Positions 36,451 to 46,089 of a stretch of 64,000 bases of DNA are shown in pieces; position 1 is the first letter of the stretch, and the number at the start of each line of letters is the position of its first letter. The translations under genes and the position numbers were made by a program. Under the pieces are notes generated by a model. The model ran no database searches and had not been told where the DNA came from. It saw only the letters and a program-made list of their open reading frames with translations. Source of the stretch: a bacterium (GTDB taxonomy: Bacteria; UBA8248); NCBI GenBank assembly GCA_965242545.1, contig OZ251456.1:1158756-1222755 (forward strand), read 5' to 3'.

Positions 36451-37559
36451 GCGCCTGGGACGTTCTCATCGTCGGAGGCGGCCCGGGAGGCAGCGCGGCC
36501 GCCCGGGAGCTGGCGAAGCGCGGCCGCCGTGCGCTCGTCCTGGACGCCGCGTCGTTCCCCCGCGTCAAACTCTGCGCGGGCTGGGTGACGAAGCAGGTGC
36601 TGGCGGACCTGGAAATAAAGCCGGATGAATATCCCCATACCATACAGCCGTTTCAAAGCGTGTTCCTGGGCTATGACGACAAACTCCTCGAGACCCGGTG
36701 GAGCGAGCCCGCGAGCTACGGCATCATCAGGAGCCAGTTCGACGCCTGGCTCCTCAGGCGCGCGCAGGAAGAAGGCGCCGAGGTGCGGGAGGGCGCGCGG
36801 GTGCGGGGCGTCGAGAAGACGGCCCGGGGCGTGCGCGTCGATATCGGGGAGGAGAAGATCGAGGCGCCCCTCGTCATCGGGGCGGGGGGGCATACCTGCC
36901 CCGTCGCCAGGGCTTTCGGGGAGGTTTCGAGCCGGGAATCCGTCGTTTTGACGCAGGAGAGCGAGACGAACGTTGGAGCGGCCAGGCTCCGCGCCCTGGC
37001 GCCCAACTACGGCCTGCCCGAGCTGTTCGCCGAACCCGACTTCAAGGGCTACGCCTGGTATTTCACCAAAGGGGATTTCCTGAACATCGGCGTGGGCTGC
37101 ATCGGCAAGCGGCCGAGCGTCCACGAGCGGCTGGAAATTCTGCTGGACAGATTTCGCCGGACGGGGAGGCTAACCCCGAAGCTGACGCTCACGAAATTCC
37201 GCGGCCACGCCTATTCCGTCCATCGCAGACACGTTCGGCGGCCGGCGGGCGACGGGTTCGTCCTGGTCGGCGACGCCGCCGGGCTGGCCAAGGACTTCAG
37301 CGGGGAGGGCATCGGCCCCGCCGTCCGCAGCGCCAGGATGGCGGCGCGGGCGGTGGACGCGCATTTGAATGCGGGAGAGGATCTCGCCCAATACGGCAGG
37401 GACATCGCCGAGAGATACGGGAGCGGAGGAGAAGGAGCGCTCGACAGGCTGATAGATCGCGCGCCCGACAGGCTTCTTTTCGGCGTGGCCAGGTTCATCT
37501 GCGGCAACGCCTGGCTCAGGCGCCGGCTGGTTCTGGAAGGCGCGTTCGGGATAGGCTGA
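36447..37559 (+). CDS. Geranylgeranyl-reductase-family FAD-dependent oxidoreductase
   Basis: DVLIVGGGPGGS, FPRVKLCAG, IRSQFDAWL, YAWYFTKG, GDAAGLAKDFSGEGI. Confidence 0.88.
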   Translation: MSAWDVLIVGGGPGGSAAARELAKRGRRALVLDAASFPRVKLCAGWVTKQVLADLEIKPDEYPHTIQPFQSVFLGYDDKLLETRWSEPASYGIIRSQFDAWLLRRAQEEGAEVREGARVRGVEKTARGVRVDIGEEKIEAPLVIGAGGHTCPVARAFGEVSSRESVVLTQESETNVGAARLRALAPNYGLPELFAEPDFKGYAWYFTKGDFLNIGVGCIGKRPSVHERLEILLDRFRRTGRLTPKLTLTKFRGHAYSVHRRHVRRPAGDGFVLVGDAAGLAKDFSGEGIGPAVRSARMAARAVDAHLNAGEDLAQYGRDIAERYGSGGEGALDRLIDRAPDRLLFGVARFICGNAWLRRRLVLEGAFGIG

Positions 37560-37577
37560 AAAAGCGGCGAGGCGGCT

Positions 37578-38498
37578 ATGGTGAAAGAGAGAACGAAGGA
37601 ATTCGACGCCCGGGCGATCTCGCACCACTACGACAAATCCAACGATTTCTACGAGCAGTTCCTGTGCGAGAACATGGTCTACACGTGCGCCTACTACCGG
37701 GAGCCCGACGGCGATCTCGGCCAGGCCCAGCGCGACAAAATGGACCTCGTCTGCAGAAAGCTCAGGCTCTCGCCCGGAGATGATTATCTCGACATCGGCT
37801 GCGGGTGGGGTTCGCTGGCGATATGGGCGGCGAAGCGCTTCGGCGTCAACGCGACCGGGGTTACGCTCTCGCGCGAGCAGGCGAACTGGGGTCAGGAGTG
37901 GGTTCGGCGGGAGGGACTCGAAGGCAGGTGCGCAATTCACCACATGGATTACCGGGATTTCCCGGAAGAGCGCTCTTTCGACAAAATTTCCGCCATCGGC
38001 ATCATCGAGCACATCGGCATAGCGAACTATCCGAACTACTTCGCCTCCGTCAGAAACCGCCTGCGGGACGGGGGACTGTTCCTGAACCACGGGATTTCGG
38101 CCAACAAATTCTGGAAGCACACGAGTCAGTTCGAGTTTCTGTTGCGCAACGTTTTTCCCAACGGAGAGCTGGACAACATCTCCCACGTTCAGGACGTGAT
38201 GGAGCGGGCGCGCTGGGAGATACTGGACGTGGAGAATCTGCGGCTTCACTACGCGCGCACGTGCAAGCAGTGGTATGAGAAATTCGAGGAAAACGCCGCG
38301 AAAATCAAGGAGCTGGTCGGCGAGCGCGTCTATCGGGTGTATCGAATCTGGCTGGTTTGTTCGTCGGCCGCGTTTTTCTCGAATTCGCTGGGCCTTTATC
38401 AGGTTCTGGCCCAGAAATACGAAAGAAACCACCATCGCCATGATCCGCCGACGCATCGGGAGGACATTTACAGGGCGATGCTTGGCCTTGACGGTTGA
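37578..38498 (+). CDS. cfa: Cyclopropane-fatty-acyl-phospholipid synthase family SAM methyltransferase (catalytic domain only)
   Basis: ISHHYDKSNDFY, MVYTCAYY, LDIGCGWG, GVTLSREQ, IEHIG, LNHGI, HYARTC. Confidence 0.9.
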   Translation: MVKERTKEFDARAISHHYDKSNDFYEQFLCENMVYTCAYYREPDGDLGQAQRDKMDLVCRKLRLSPGDDYLDIGCGWGSLAIWAAKRFGVNATGVTLSREQANWGQEWVRREGLEGRCAIHHMDYRDFPEERSFDKISAIGIIEHIGIANYPNYFASVRNRLRDGGLFLNHGISANKFWKHTSQFEFLLRNVFPNGELDNISHVQDVMERARWEILDVENLRLHYARTCKQWYEKFEENAAKIKELVGERVYRVYRIWLVCSSAAFFSNSLGLYQVLAQKYERNHHRHDPPTHREDIYRAMLGLDG

Positions 38499-38522
38499 CT
38501 CCGGCCGGCGCCTGCGCGCGGC

Positions 38523-39515
38523 ATGAGTCTTGACCCTCCCTTGCGTGTTCCCCCGTTCCGTCCCGCCTGGTATTGTCCGGGCCCTCATCTGCAAACCGTT
38601 TGGGGATATTTTTTGCGAAAACGTCCGCGAATCGCTTGGCGGCGGGAGCGTTGGGACACGCCCGACGGCGATTTTCTCGAGGTTGATTTTCTCGACGCCG
38701 CCGCGCCGGACGCCCCGACGCTGCTCATTCTGCATGGCCTGGAAGGCTCCTCCTCCTCTCATTACGTGCGCGGAACGGCGGCGAAGGCGCGCGCGCTCGG
38801 CTGGCGGACGCTGGCCCTGAACTTCCGCTCGTGCGGCGGCGCGACGCCCCGGAAGCCCCGGTTCTACCATTGCGGGGAGACGGGCGATCTGGATTTCGCG
38901 GCGCGGCGGATTTCGGAGAGGTTCGACGCGCCCCTGGCGCTGGCGGGCTTCTCTCTGGGGGGAAGCGTCCTGCTCAAGTGGCTGGGGGAGCGGGGCGAGA
39001 AGGCGCCCTCGCGCGTTTTCGGGGCGGTCGGCATATCCGTCAGCTTCCAGCCCGGCGCCTGCGCGAAGGTTCTGGATTCCCCGCCGGGCTATCTCTACAG
39101 ACGGCACCTGCTGGACAGCGCCAAGCGAAAGGCCCGCCGCCTAGCCGAACTGCGCCCCGGCCTCATCGAGGCGGACAAGGTGAGGCGCGCGCGAACGTTC
39201 CACGAATACGATCGCCTGGTCATCGCGCCTTTGTATGGCTTTCGAGACGAACTGGATTATTACGAAAAAGCCGACGCTTCCCCCTATCTGCCTCGCATTC
39301 GGGTGAAAACGCTTCTCCTCTCCTCGGAGGACGACCCCATCGTTCCGCCCCATGTTTTTCCCCATGGGCAGATAGAGAACTCCGCGTGGCTCAGCGGGGT
39401 TTTGTCGAAAAAAGGGGGACACGTGGGCTTCGTGTCCGGGTCGGACGTTCGCTCGCCGGTCTATTGGGCCGAGGATCGCGCGCTCGCGTTTCTGCGAGAC
39501 TGCCTGAAATCGTGA
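38523..39515 (+). CDS. YheT-family alpha/beta hydrolase
   Basis: GPHLQT, LHGLEGSS, NFRSCGG, GFSLGG nucleophile elbow, SEDDP, GGHVGF. Confidence 0.9.
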   Translation: MSLDPPLRVPPFRPAWYCPGPHLQTVWGYFLRKRPRIAWRRERWDTPDGDFLEVDFLDAAAPDAPTLLILHGLEGSSSSHYVRGTAAKARALGWRTLALNFRSCGGATPRKPRFYHCGETGDLDFAARRISERFDAPLALAGFSLGGSVLLKWLGERGEKAPSRVFGAVGISVSFQPGACAKVLDSPPGYLYRRHLLDSAKRKARRLAELRPGLIEADKVRRARTFHEYDRLVIAPLYGFRDELDYYEKADASPYLPRIRVKTLLLSSEDDPIVPPHVFPHGQIENSAWLSGVLSKKGGHVGFVSGSDVRSPVYWAEDRALAFLRDCLKS

Positions 39516-39561
39516 GGCGCGGCTTGCGGCGGATGGGGTGGAGCGCGGGGAGTGACGCCAG

Positions 39562-40656
39562 CTATCTGTGACGGTCGTATTCCCTGGCCGCCAGTTTCCG
39601 GCGCCGCTCCATCGCGCAGAAGATGAGGCGATCCAGCATTTGCGGGTAGGTAACGCCGGCGGCCTGAATCATCCGGGGGTATCCGCTCAGCTGCGTGAAC
39701 CCGGGCAGCGTGTTCACTTCGCTGACGTAGGTCTCGCCCGTTTTCTCGCGGTAGAAGAAATCCACGCGGGCGAGGCCGGAGCAGCCCAGGGCGCGGAACG
39801 CGCTTCGCGCGTAGGAGCGGATGCCCTCGGCGACGGATTCTTCCACGGGGGCGGGGATGATCAACTCGGCGCGCCCCTCCTGATATTTCGCCTCGTAGTC
39901 ATACCAGCCGTCTTTCGTCCTGATCTCCATGAGCGGACTGGCGAGGAAATCGCCCAGGCGCGGGCCCTCGAGCACGGCGCACTCCAGTTCCCGGCCCCGG
40001 GAATGCTCCTCGATCAGCGCCTTGCCGTCGAACCTGAAGGCGTCCTCCACGGCGTCGGGGAGCGCGCGGGGATTTTCCACGCGGTGGGCGCCGACGCTGC
40101 TGCCCGAGGAGGAGGGCTTGACGAACAGCGGATATCCGATTTCCTGGGCCGCCTTCGCCAGAATGGCGTCCCGCTCCTGCGCCCAGGTCTCGGGATGCAG
40201 GGTGAGGGAGGGCAGGACGGGCAGCCCCGCCGCGCGCAGCACCGCCTTGGCCACGGCCTTGTCCATCGCGATGGCGGACGACGCGCACCCGGAGCCGACG
40301 AAGGGGGCGTCCGACAACTCGAACAGTCCCTGGAGGGTGCCGTCCTCCCCGAAGGTCCCGTGAATCATGGGGAAGAACACGTCGATGCCTGGCTTCTCAC
40401 CATTCGAAGCGCGGCGAAGCGGTTCCCCGGTCGGCGTGCCTGAAAAAAGAACCTCGCGGCCGTCCCCGGCGGACGCCTCCGGGTGCGGCAGGATGAACCA
40501 TGCGCCCGATTTCGCGATGAGAATGGGGACGACGTCGTATTTTCGGGCGTCCAGTTCCGCCATGATGGCCCTGCCCGAGGCGAGGCTCACCTCGTGTTCG
40601 GTGGAGCGGCCGCCGAATATCACGCCGACCTTTATTTTTGGGGATGACGGCGGCAT
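39562..40656 (-). CDS. ddl: D-alanine--D-alanine ligase
   Basis: FGGRSTEHEVSLASG, HGTFGEDGTLQG, MDK, VKPSSSGSS, YDYEAKY, ARVDFF, EVNTLPGFT. Confidence 0.97.
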   Translation of the reverse strand: MPPSSPKIKVGVIFGGRSTEHEVSLASGRAIMAELDARKYDVVPILIAKSGAWFILPHPEASAGDGREVLFSGTPTGEPLRRASNGEKPGIDVFFPMIHGTFGEDGTLQGLFELSDAPFVGSGCASSAIAMDKAVAKAVLRAAGLPVLPSLTLHPETWAQERDAILAKAAQEIGYPLFVKPSSSGSSVGAHRVENPRALPDAVEDAFRFDGKALIEEHSRGRELECAVLEGPRLGDFLASPLMEIRTKDGWYDYEAKYQEGRAELIIPAPVEESVAEGIRSYARSAFRALGCSGLARVDFFYREKTGETYVSEVNTLPGFTQLSGYPRMIQAAGVTYPQMLDRLIFCAMERRRKLAAREYDRHR

Positions 40657-40712
40657 GGCGGGGAGTCCTCGACCGGCCGGATGCGGCGGCTCTTCAGGGG
40701 GGGGCGAATGAA

Positions 40713-41279
40713 TCAGCGTATCAGTTTCGAGAGGAATTTGAAATCCTCGGAGCCGGCGGTGCGGAGCAGATCGAACAGCGCCTGTTCGGTCGTGGTCGGG
40801 ACGGCGCCGGCGCGTTCGAGGGCGGAAAGTCCCGTTCGCCAGTCGAGCTTCGAGCGCGAACAGAGGGCGTCGGCCACCACGTGAACGATAAAGCCGTTTT
40901 CCAGCAGGTCGAGCGCCGTCTGGTAGCAGCAGACGTACGTCTCCGCTCCGGTGAGCAGGATTTTCGTTCGGCCGGACTCACGCAGGCGAGGCGAGAACGC
41001 CTCCGCTCCGCAGCAGCTGAACGACATTTTCGCTATGGGCGAGAAGTCGGGGACTTTCGCCGCCACCTCCTTCACCGTGGGCCCGAGTCCTTTAGGGTAC
41101 TGCTCCGTGACGATCGCCGGAAAACCGAGGCGGGACGCCGCCTCGGCCAGCGTCCGGATGCGCCCGACGACCTGGGCGCGGACGCTCTCTTTCATGGCGG
41201 CCATGAGCCTTTCCTGCGCATCGACGATGAGCAGCAGGCATTCTTCGGGCTGGAGGCGAAACGAATCGACGCTCGTCAT
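40713..41279 (-). CDS. Isochorismatase-family (YcaC-like) hydrolase
   Basis: LLIVDAQERL, TEQYPKGLGPTV, KMSFSCC, VCCYQTALDL. ATG at 41279. Confidence 0.9.
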   Translation of the reverse strand: MTSVDSFRLQPEECLLLIVDAQERLMAAMKESVRAQVVGRIRTLAEAASRLGFPAIVTEQYPKGLGPTVKEVAAKVPDFSPIAKMSFSCCGAEAFSPRLRESGRTKILLTGAETYVCCYQTALDLLENGFIVHVVADALCSRSKLDWRTGLSALERAGAVPTTTEQALFDLLRTAGSEDFKFLSKLIR

Positions 41280-41593
41280 GCGCTCTCCACCAGGCGGAAA
41301 AGGAAATCCATGCCCTTTGCGCGCTTTTGTCCGCCGCCTCACGGCCCCTCCACGCGGGAGCGGGCGGGGCGCGTCTCATTCTCCCCCGGATGCGCCTTCC
41401 GCCTGAAATCATCCCGAATGGGCGCGGCTCTTGGAATATGACTTCCCGGGAAAATATCGCCAAACCTTATTACGGAGCCCCTCAGGGGTCAAGGAACGGG
41501 CGCGAAGCCTTGATTCCCGCATGGGCGTGGGATAGCATCGCCCGACGAAATGCTTGCCCGTCGGGGGAAATGAACAACCGAGAGGGGAGAGAC

Positions 41594-42583
41594 ATGCCCG
41601 GCAAGGCGAAAGTCGTGCTGACCGATTACGTCTGGGAATCCCTGGACGTGGAGAAGGAGATTCTGGGAGAGCTGGCCGATATCGTCGCCATGCGGACGAA
41701 GACGCCGGCGGAATTTCTGCCGGAGGCCGCCGACTGCGACGCCGTGTTGAACACCTACGCGGGGCCGATCGCGCGGGAGGACATGGCGAAGATGCCGCAT
41801 TGCAAAATTATCGCGCGATACGGCATCGGAGTGGACACGATCGACCTGGACGCCGCCACGCGGGCGGGCATCATCGTTACGAACAACCCCACCTATTGCA
41901 TCAAGGAGGTCGCCGAGCACGCGATGGCGCTCCTGCTCGCCTCGGCGAGAAAGGTGGCTTTTTATGACAGACAGGTGCGGGCCGGCGGGTGGGAGGTGCC
42001 CCCGGGCAAGCCGATGTTCCGGCTGGCTGGCGCCGCGCTCGGGCTGGTGGGCTTCGGCAACATCGCCCGCATGGTGGCCGTTCGCGCCGCCTCGTTCGGC
42101 ATGAGGGTCTTGTTCAGCGATCCGTTCGTGGAGGAAGGACAGTTCGACGCGCCGGGGGAGAAGAGTGAACTGGCGGAAATGTTCGCGCAGTCGGATTTCG
42201 TCTCCATCCATCCGCCGCTGATCCCCCAGACGCGCGGGATGATGAACGATGAGGCCTTCTCGCAAATGAAGAACACTGCCTTCCTCATCAACTGCTCGCG
42301 CGGGCCGATTGTCGATACGGACGCCCTGGTTCGCGCCCTGGATTCGGGCGAGATCGCCGGATGCGCCCTGGATACGACCGATCCCGAACCCCTGCCCGAT
42401 CCGCACCCCCTGCGCGGCCGTGAAAACGTGATCATCAACCCCCACGCGGCTTGGTACAGCGAACAATCCATGGTGGGACTCCAGCAGGGCGCGCCCAATG
42501 AGGTGAGGCGCGTCCTCTCGGGCGAGTGGCCCCTGAACGTGGTGAACGGGGACGTAAAGGGCAGGAACAGGGCGGGTTTGTAG
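41594..42583 (+). CDS. D-2-hydroxyacid dehydrogenase (CtBP/SerA-like)
   Basis: RYGIGVDTID, EVAEHA, GFGNIA, NCSRG, LDTTDPEP, NPHAAWYS. ATG 41594 after AGAGGGGAGA. Confidence 0.92.
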   Translation: MPGKAKVVLTDYVWESLDVEKEILGELADIVAMRTKTPAEFLPEAADCDAVLNTYAGPIAREDMAKMPHCKIIARYGIGVDTIDLDAATRAGIIVTNNPTYCIKEVAEHAMALLLASARKVAFYDRQVRAGGWEVPPGKPMFRLAGAALGLVGFGNIARMVAVRAASFGMRVLFSDPFVEEGQFDAPGEKSELAEMFAQSDFVSIHPPLIPQTRGMMNDEAFSQMKNTAFLINCSRGPIVDTDALVRALDSGEIAGCALDTTDPEPLPDPHPLRGRENVIINPHAAWYSEQSMVGLQQGAPNEVRRVLSGEWPLNVVNGDVKGRNRAGL

Positions 42584-42720
42584 CGTCGGATGGCCGCGGG
42601 GAAGCGCGGCGTGAAGCCCGATCCGAAGCGGAGAGCTCGCGGGCGGATTGTTTGCGACGGCGCGCGAAATGACGCTTGGGGCTTCGGGAAGGCGAACGGC
42701 GAGAAACTCCGCTGCAGGTC

Positions 42721-42749
42721 TTGACACGAGGCGGCTTCGCCCGTAATAA
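42721..42749 (+). promoter_or_regulatory. Possible sigma70 promoter upstream of the Rieske/cytochrome b operon
   Basis: TTGACA-N17-TAATAA. Confidence 0.4.
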
Positions 42750-42952
42750 GAACTCCTGGCGTGTTCGACGACATCTTGAGGGCCCCGTCGTCCGTCGGGG
42801 CCGCGCGCCGCCCATGGCAAGGCTGGATGAACAGGCTGCTCCATGCGCGATGATCGCGGGTGACGTATTCGGGGGACGCCGGGAATGGGTCGCCTTGGCG
42901 CGGATGAAGCCGAACGGCCGGACGATCATGACAATGGGAGCGTAGCGTTCGC

Positions 42953-43507
42953 ATGAGCACTCGTTTGAAATCCCCTGAAGTGAAGCTGCCCTCCGAGTAC
43001 GAGGCGGAGGCGAAAGAGAAAAAAGCGTTCATCGATCGCCGGCGATTCATGAACTGGACGGGCTGGCTCGGCATCCTGGGCAGCATCAACATCGCGCTTC
43101 TGGGGTTTTTGAGGTTCATGTTCCCGCGCGTTCTGTTCGAGCCTCCCACCGAGTTCAAGGCGGGCAATCCGGCGGACTACGCCGTGGGCGTGGTGGATAC
43201 TCGATACGTGAACAGCGAGCGCGTGTGGATCATCCGGGAGCAGAACGGGTTCTACGCCCTGAGCGCGATATGCACGCACCTGGGGTGCACGCCGAAGTAT
43301 CTGGGCTCCGAGGACAAGTTCAAGTGTCCGTGCCACGGGAGCGGGTTTCGCAGGACCGGCGTGAATTTCGAGGGCCCGGCGCCGAGGCCGCTCGAAAGGC
43401 TGAAAATCGGACTGGCCGAGGACGGGCAGCTGCTCATCGACAAGGGCAAGATTTTTCGCCACGAAAAAGGGGAATGGGACGCTCCGGGTTCTTTTCTCTA
43501 CGTATGA
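42953..43507 (+). CDS. Rieske [2Fe-2S] subunit of a Rieske/cytochrome b complex
   Basis: Tat-like DRRRFM plus TM helix; CTHLGC and CPCHGS boxes; EGPAPRPL. Confidence 0.95.
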   Translation: MSTRLKSPEVKLPSEYEAEAKEKKAFIDRRRFMNWTGWLGILGSINIALLGFLRFMFPRVLFEPPTEFKAGNPADYAVGVVDTRYVNSERVWIIREQNGFYALSAICTHLGCTPKYLGSEDKFKCPCHGSGFRRTGVNFEGPAPRPLERLKIGLAEDGQLLIDKGKIFRHEKGEWDAPGSFLYV

Positions 43508-43547
43508 AAATTTCTATTCGCTTGACGCGAGCGGGCGGAGGTCATAG

Positions 43548-44336
43548 ATGCCGAGTTTGAAGGAGCGCTTCAACCTGGAGCAGGCGAAAAAAAGCATCCT
43601 CGATTCCCAGGTGTGGCGGTCGATGTTCCGCCACGGGTATGAGGACACCCCGAGAAACCGCGTCCTCATGGTGGTGGACAACATCTGGCTCCACCTCCAC
43701 CCCACGAAAATCAGGCGGCACGCCATCCGCATCCGCTTCACGTGGTGCATGGGCGGGGTGACGTTTCTGCTGTTCCTCTATCTCGTCGTCACCGGCGTGG
43801 TGCTGATGTTCTACTATCGGCCCGTGGGCGAATACGCCTACGCCGACATCAAATTTCTGGAGTTCGACGCCCCCTTCGGCATGTTCATGCGGAACATGCA
43901 CAGATGGGCGGCGCACGCCATGGTCATCGCCGTGTGGCTGCACATGCTGCGCGTCTTCATGACGGGCTCCTACAAGCCGCCCCGGGAGTTCAACTGGGTA
44001 GTCGGGGTGCTGCTGCTCACCCTGACGCTCCTGCTCAGCTTCACCGGCTATCTCCTCCCCTGGGATCAGCTGGCCATCTGGGCGGTTACGGTGGGAACCA
44101 ACATGGCGCGGGCCACCCCCTTGCTGGGGCATGAGGGCCCGTTCGCCGAAATGGTGGGCGTCACGCCCCGCTTCGACGCGCGCTCCGCGCTTCTGGGCGG
44201 GACGATCGTCGGCCCGCCCACGCTGCTGCGCTTCTACGTGCTGCACTGCATCGTCGTTCCGTTGATAGCGTCGATTCTGATGATGGTGCATTTCTGGAGA
44301 ATCCGGAAAGACGGGGGCATTTCGGGGCCGCTCTAG
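43548..44336 (+). CDS. Cytochrome b6-like N-terminal subunit (split cytochrome b)
   Basis: WCMGG (heme ci Cys site), MHRWAAH...WLHM and VLH...MVH heme b ligands, [10 protein letters not shown]. Confidence 0.94.
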   Translation: MPSLKERFNLEQAKKSILDSQVWRSMFRHGYEDTPRNRVLMVVDNIWLHLHPTKIRRHAIRIRFTWCMGGVTFLLFLYLVVTGVVLMFYYRPVGEYAYADIKFLEFDAPFGMFMRNMHRWAAHAMVIAVWLHMLRVFMTGSYKPPREFNWVVGVLLLTLTLLLSFTGYLLPWDQLAIWAVTVGTNMARATPLLGHEGPFAEMVGVTPRFDARSALLGGTIVGPPTLLRFYVLHCIVVPLIASILMMVHFWRIRKDGGISGPL

Positions 44337-44374
44337 GCTTCGGCGCGTAAAAGGCCAAGAGAAAGGCGGGAGCA

Positions 44375-45154
44375 TTGGCGAAAGAAGACAAGGTGCTCGG
44401 CTCTGCCGAGGAGATGGCTAAAACGAGTTGGGAGCGGGTCAACGACAAGGTGCACGTTTGGCCCTACCTGACGCGCCTGGAATTCATGTGCGCGATCATC
44501 ATCACCCTGCTGCTGGTGGTGTGGTCCATCGTTATCGACGCGCCGCTCGAGGAGCCGGCGAACCCTTCCGTCACGCCGAATCCCTCGAAAGCGCCCTGGT
44601 ATTTCCTGGGTCTTCAGGAAATGCTCGTGTATTTCGACCCCTGGATGGCGGGCGTCGTGCTGCCGACGCTCATCATCGTGGGGCTGATGGCCATTCCCTA
44701 CATCGACGTGAACCCGAAGGGAAACGGCTACTACACCTTCCACGAGCGCAGGTTCGCCATCATCACCTTCCTGTTCGGCTTTCTGGTGCTGTGGGTGTGG
44801 ATGGTGGTGCAGGGAACCTTCCTTCGGGGGCCGGGGTGGAACTTCTTCATGCCCTGGGAGTATTGGGACCCCCACAAGGTCGTGGCGCTCACGAACGTGG
44901 ATTTGCCCTACATGATAGGCTTCAGGAGCTACTGGGGTCAGGCGGCGGCAGGAACCGCGATGGTGCTACTCTGGTACGCCACCATACCGGCCTACTATAT
45001 CTGGCGGCGGAAGCGCATGGCGAACGTCGGCCTCGTGCGGTATCTCATCAAGGCGTTGCTGTATATGACGATGATGGGGCTGGTGGCTAAAATGGTTTTG
45101 CGCATCGGCTTCAACGTCAAATACGTTCTCGTCACCCCGTGGTTCAACGTCTAG
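44375..45154 (+). CDS. Cytochrome b6 subunit-IV-like protein
   Basis: APLEEPANP...TPNPSKAPWYFLGLQE (PEWY-equivalent), PYID, several TM helices; TTG start. Confidence 0.88.
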   Translation: MAKEDKVLGSAEEMAKTSWERVNDKVHVWPYLTRLEFMCAIIITLLLVVWSIVIDAPLEEPANPSVTPNPSKAPWYFLGLQEMLVYFDPWMAGVVLPTLIIVGLMAIPYIDVNPKGNGYYTFHERRFAIITFLFGFLVLWVWMVVQGTFLRGPGWNFFMPWEYWDPHKVVALTNVDLPYMIGFRSYWGQAAAGTAMVLLWYATIPAYYIWRRKRMANVGLVRYLIKALLYMTMMGLVAKMVLRIGFNVKYVLVTPWFNV

Positions 45155-45183
45155 TCCCGGGCTTTTGGCGGTAGGCGGAGAAG

Positions 45184-45291
45184 ATGGTTCAGGACAGGCA
45201 GCGAAAACATTTGTGGTGGGACGCCTGCGGCGTGAAGCTGGCCGCCGTCGTTCTGCTTGTCGCCTCCGGCGTGATTTATCTCCTGGCCTAG
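45184..45291 (+). CDS. 35-aa single-TM microprotein at the end of the Rieske/cytochrome b operon
   Basis: MVQDRQRKHLWWDACGVKLAAVVLLVASGVIYLLA*; GGAGA RBS; lies between subunit IV and the terminator. Not in the ORF track. Confidence 0.6.
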   Translation: MVQDRQRKHLWWDACGVKLAAVVLLVASGVIYLLA

Positions 45292-45340
45292 GAGATTTTT
45301 GAAAGCGCAGATTCCGGAGACTTCAAACCGGCGCCCCCGG

Positions 45341-45367
45341 CCGCTTCCCGCAGGAAGCGGTTTTTTT
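45341..45367 (+). terminator. Rho-independent terminator of the Rieske/cytochrome b operon
   Basis: CCGCTTCC-CGCA-GGAAGCGG followed by T7. Confidence 0.8.
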
Positions 45368-45576
45368 GTTCGGGGAACGTTCGAGAGTCCCGGGCCATTC
45401 CGGCTTTTGATCGTCCCCCTCCGGCGTCCTCCCGCGGAACGAAACGCGCGGCGCGCTCCCCGCCTTCTCGAAAAGATTTCCGGGCTCCGCCCGATGAGAG
45501 ATCATCCGGGAATGACGCGCGGGGAGCGTCCGATTCTCTCCGGCTCCGTTCTCTTGAGGAGGGGGAGGCGCTTAGG

Positions 45577-46089
45577 TTAGTCCGAGGAGGGCCAGGCCAT
45601 GTCGTGGGCGTGGAGTATCTCCCGAAGCTTCGAGACGTTTATCAACTCCATGGGCGCGCCTTCTGAATACTTCTGCACCTCTTCGGTGAAGTATCCCGTC
45701 GATATCAGGATTCCCTTCAGCGCCCGCTCGGCGCGCACGGTGTCGGAGAGGCCGATCACCCGTATCGAGTTCACGAAATCGCCTTCGGGGACCAGGATGC
45801 CGTGGATGATGTAGTCCCCGCCGAGAATGGGGGCGGGATTGTGGGCCAGGATGTCGATCTCCTCCTCGTTCACCCAGTGGACCTCGACGATGCGCATGTT
45901 CATGCCTTCGAGCAGGTCGATGAGCATCCGCTCGAATTCCTTGGGCGGCATCCGGCGGAGAGAATCGATTTCGGCGTCGTTCGCGCTTTGTCCCGCGTCC
46001 GCTTCAAGAGCGATGTTCGACGTGGTTCTCTTGACGAACAGGATGGTGATGAAGCCCAGGATGAGCGCGAAAAAGATGAGTTCGAGCAT
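45577..46089 (-). CDS. Membrane-anchored Mrr-like (restriction endonuclease type IV fold) protein, degenerate catalytic motif
   Basis: N-terminal TM helix; PKEFERMLIDLLEGMNM...EIDILA...KGILISTGYFTEE...ELIN resembles Mrr_cat; the QxK position reads HGI. Confidence 0.65.
   Translation of the reverse strand: MLELIFFALILGFITILFVKRTTSNIALEADAGQSANDAEIDSLRRMPPKEFERMLIDLLEGMNMRIVEVHWVNEEEIDILAHNPAPILGGDYIIHGILVPEGDFVNSIRVIGLSDTVRAERALKGILISTGYFTEEVQKYSEGAPMELINVSKLREILHAHDMAWPSSD

Noticed and set aside
45370-45395. GGGAAC-GTTCGAGA-GTCCC hairpin resembling a tRNA T-arm
   Set aside because: No acceptor stem, D-arm or anticodon arm; no tRNA was found in the window.
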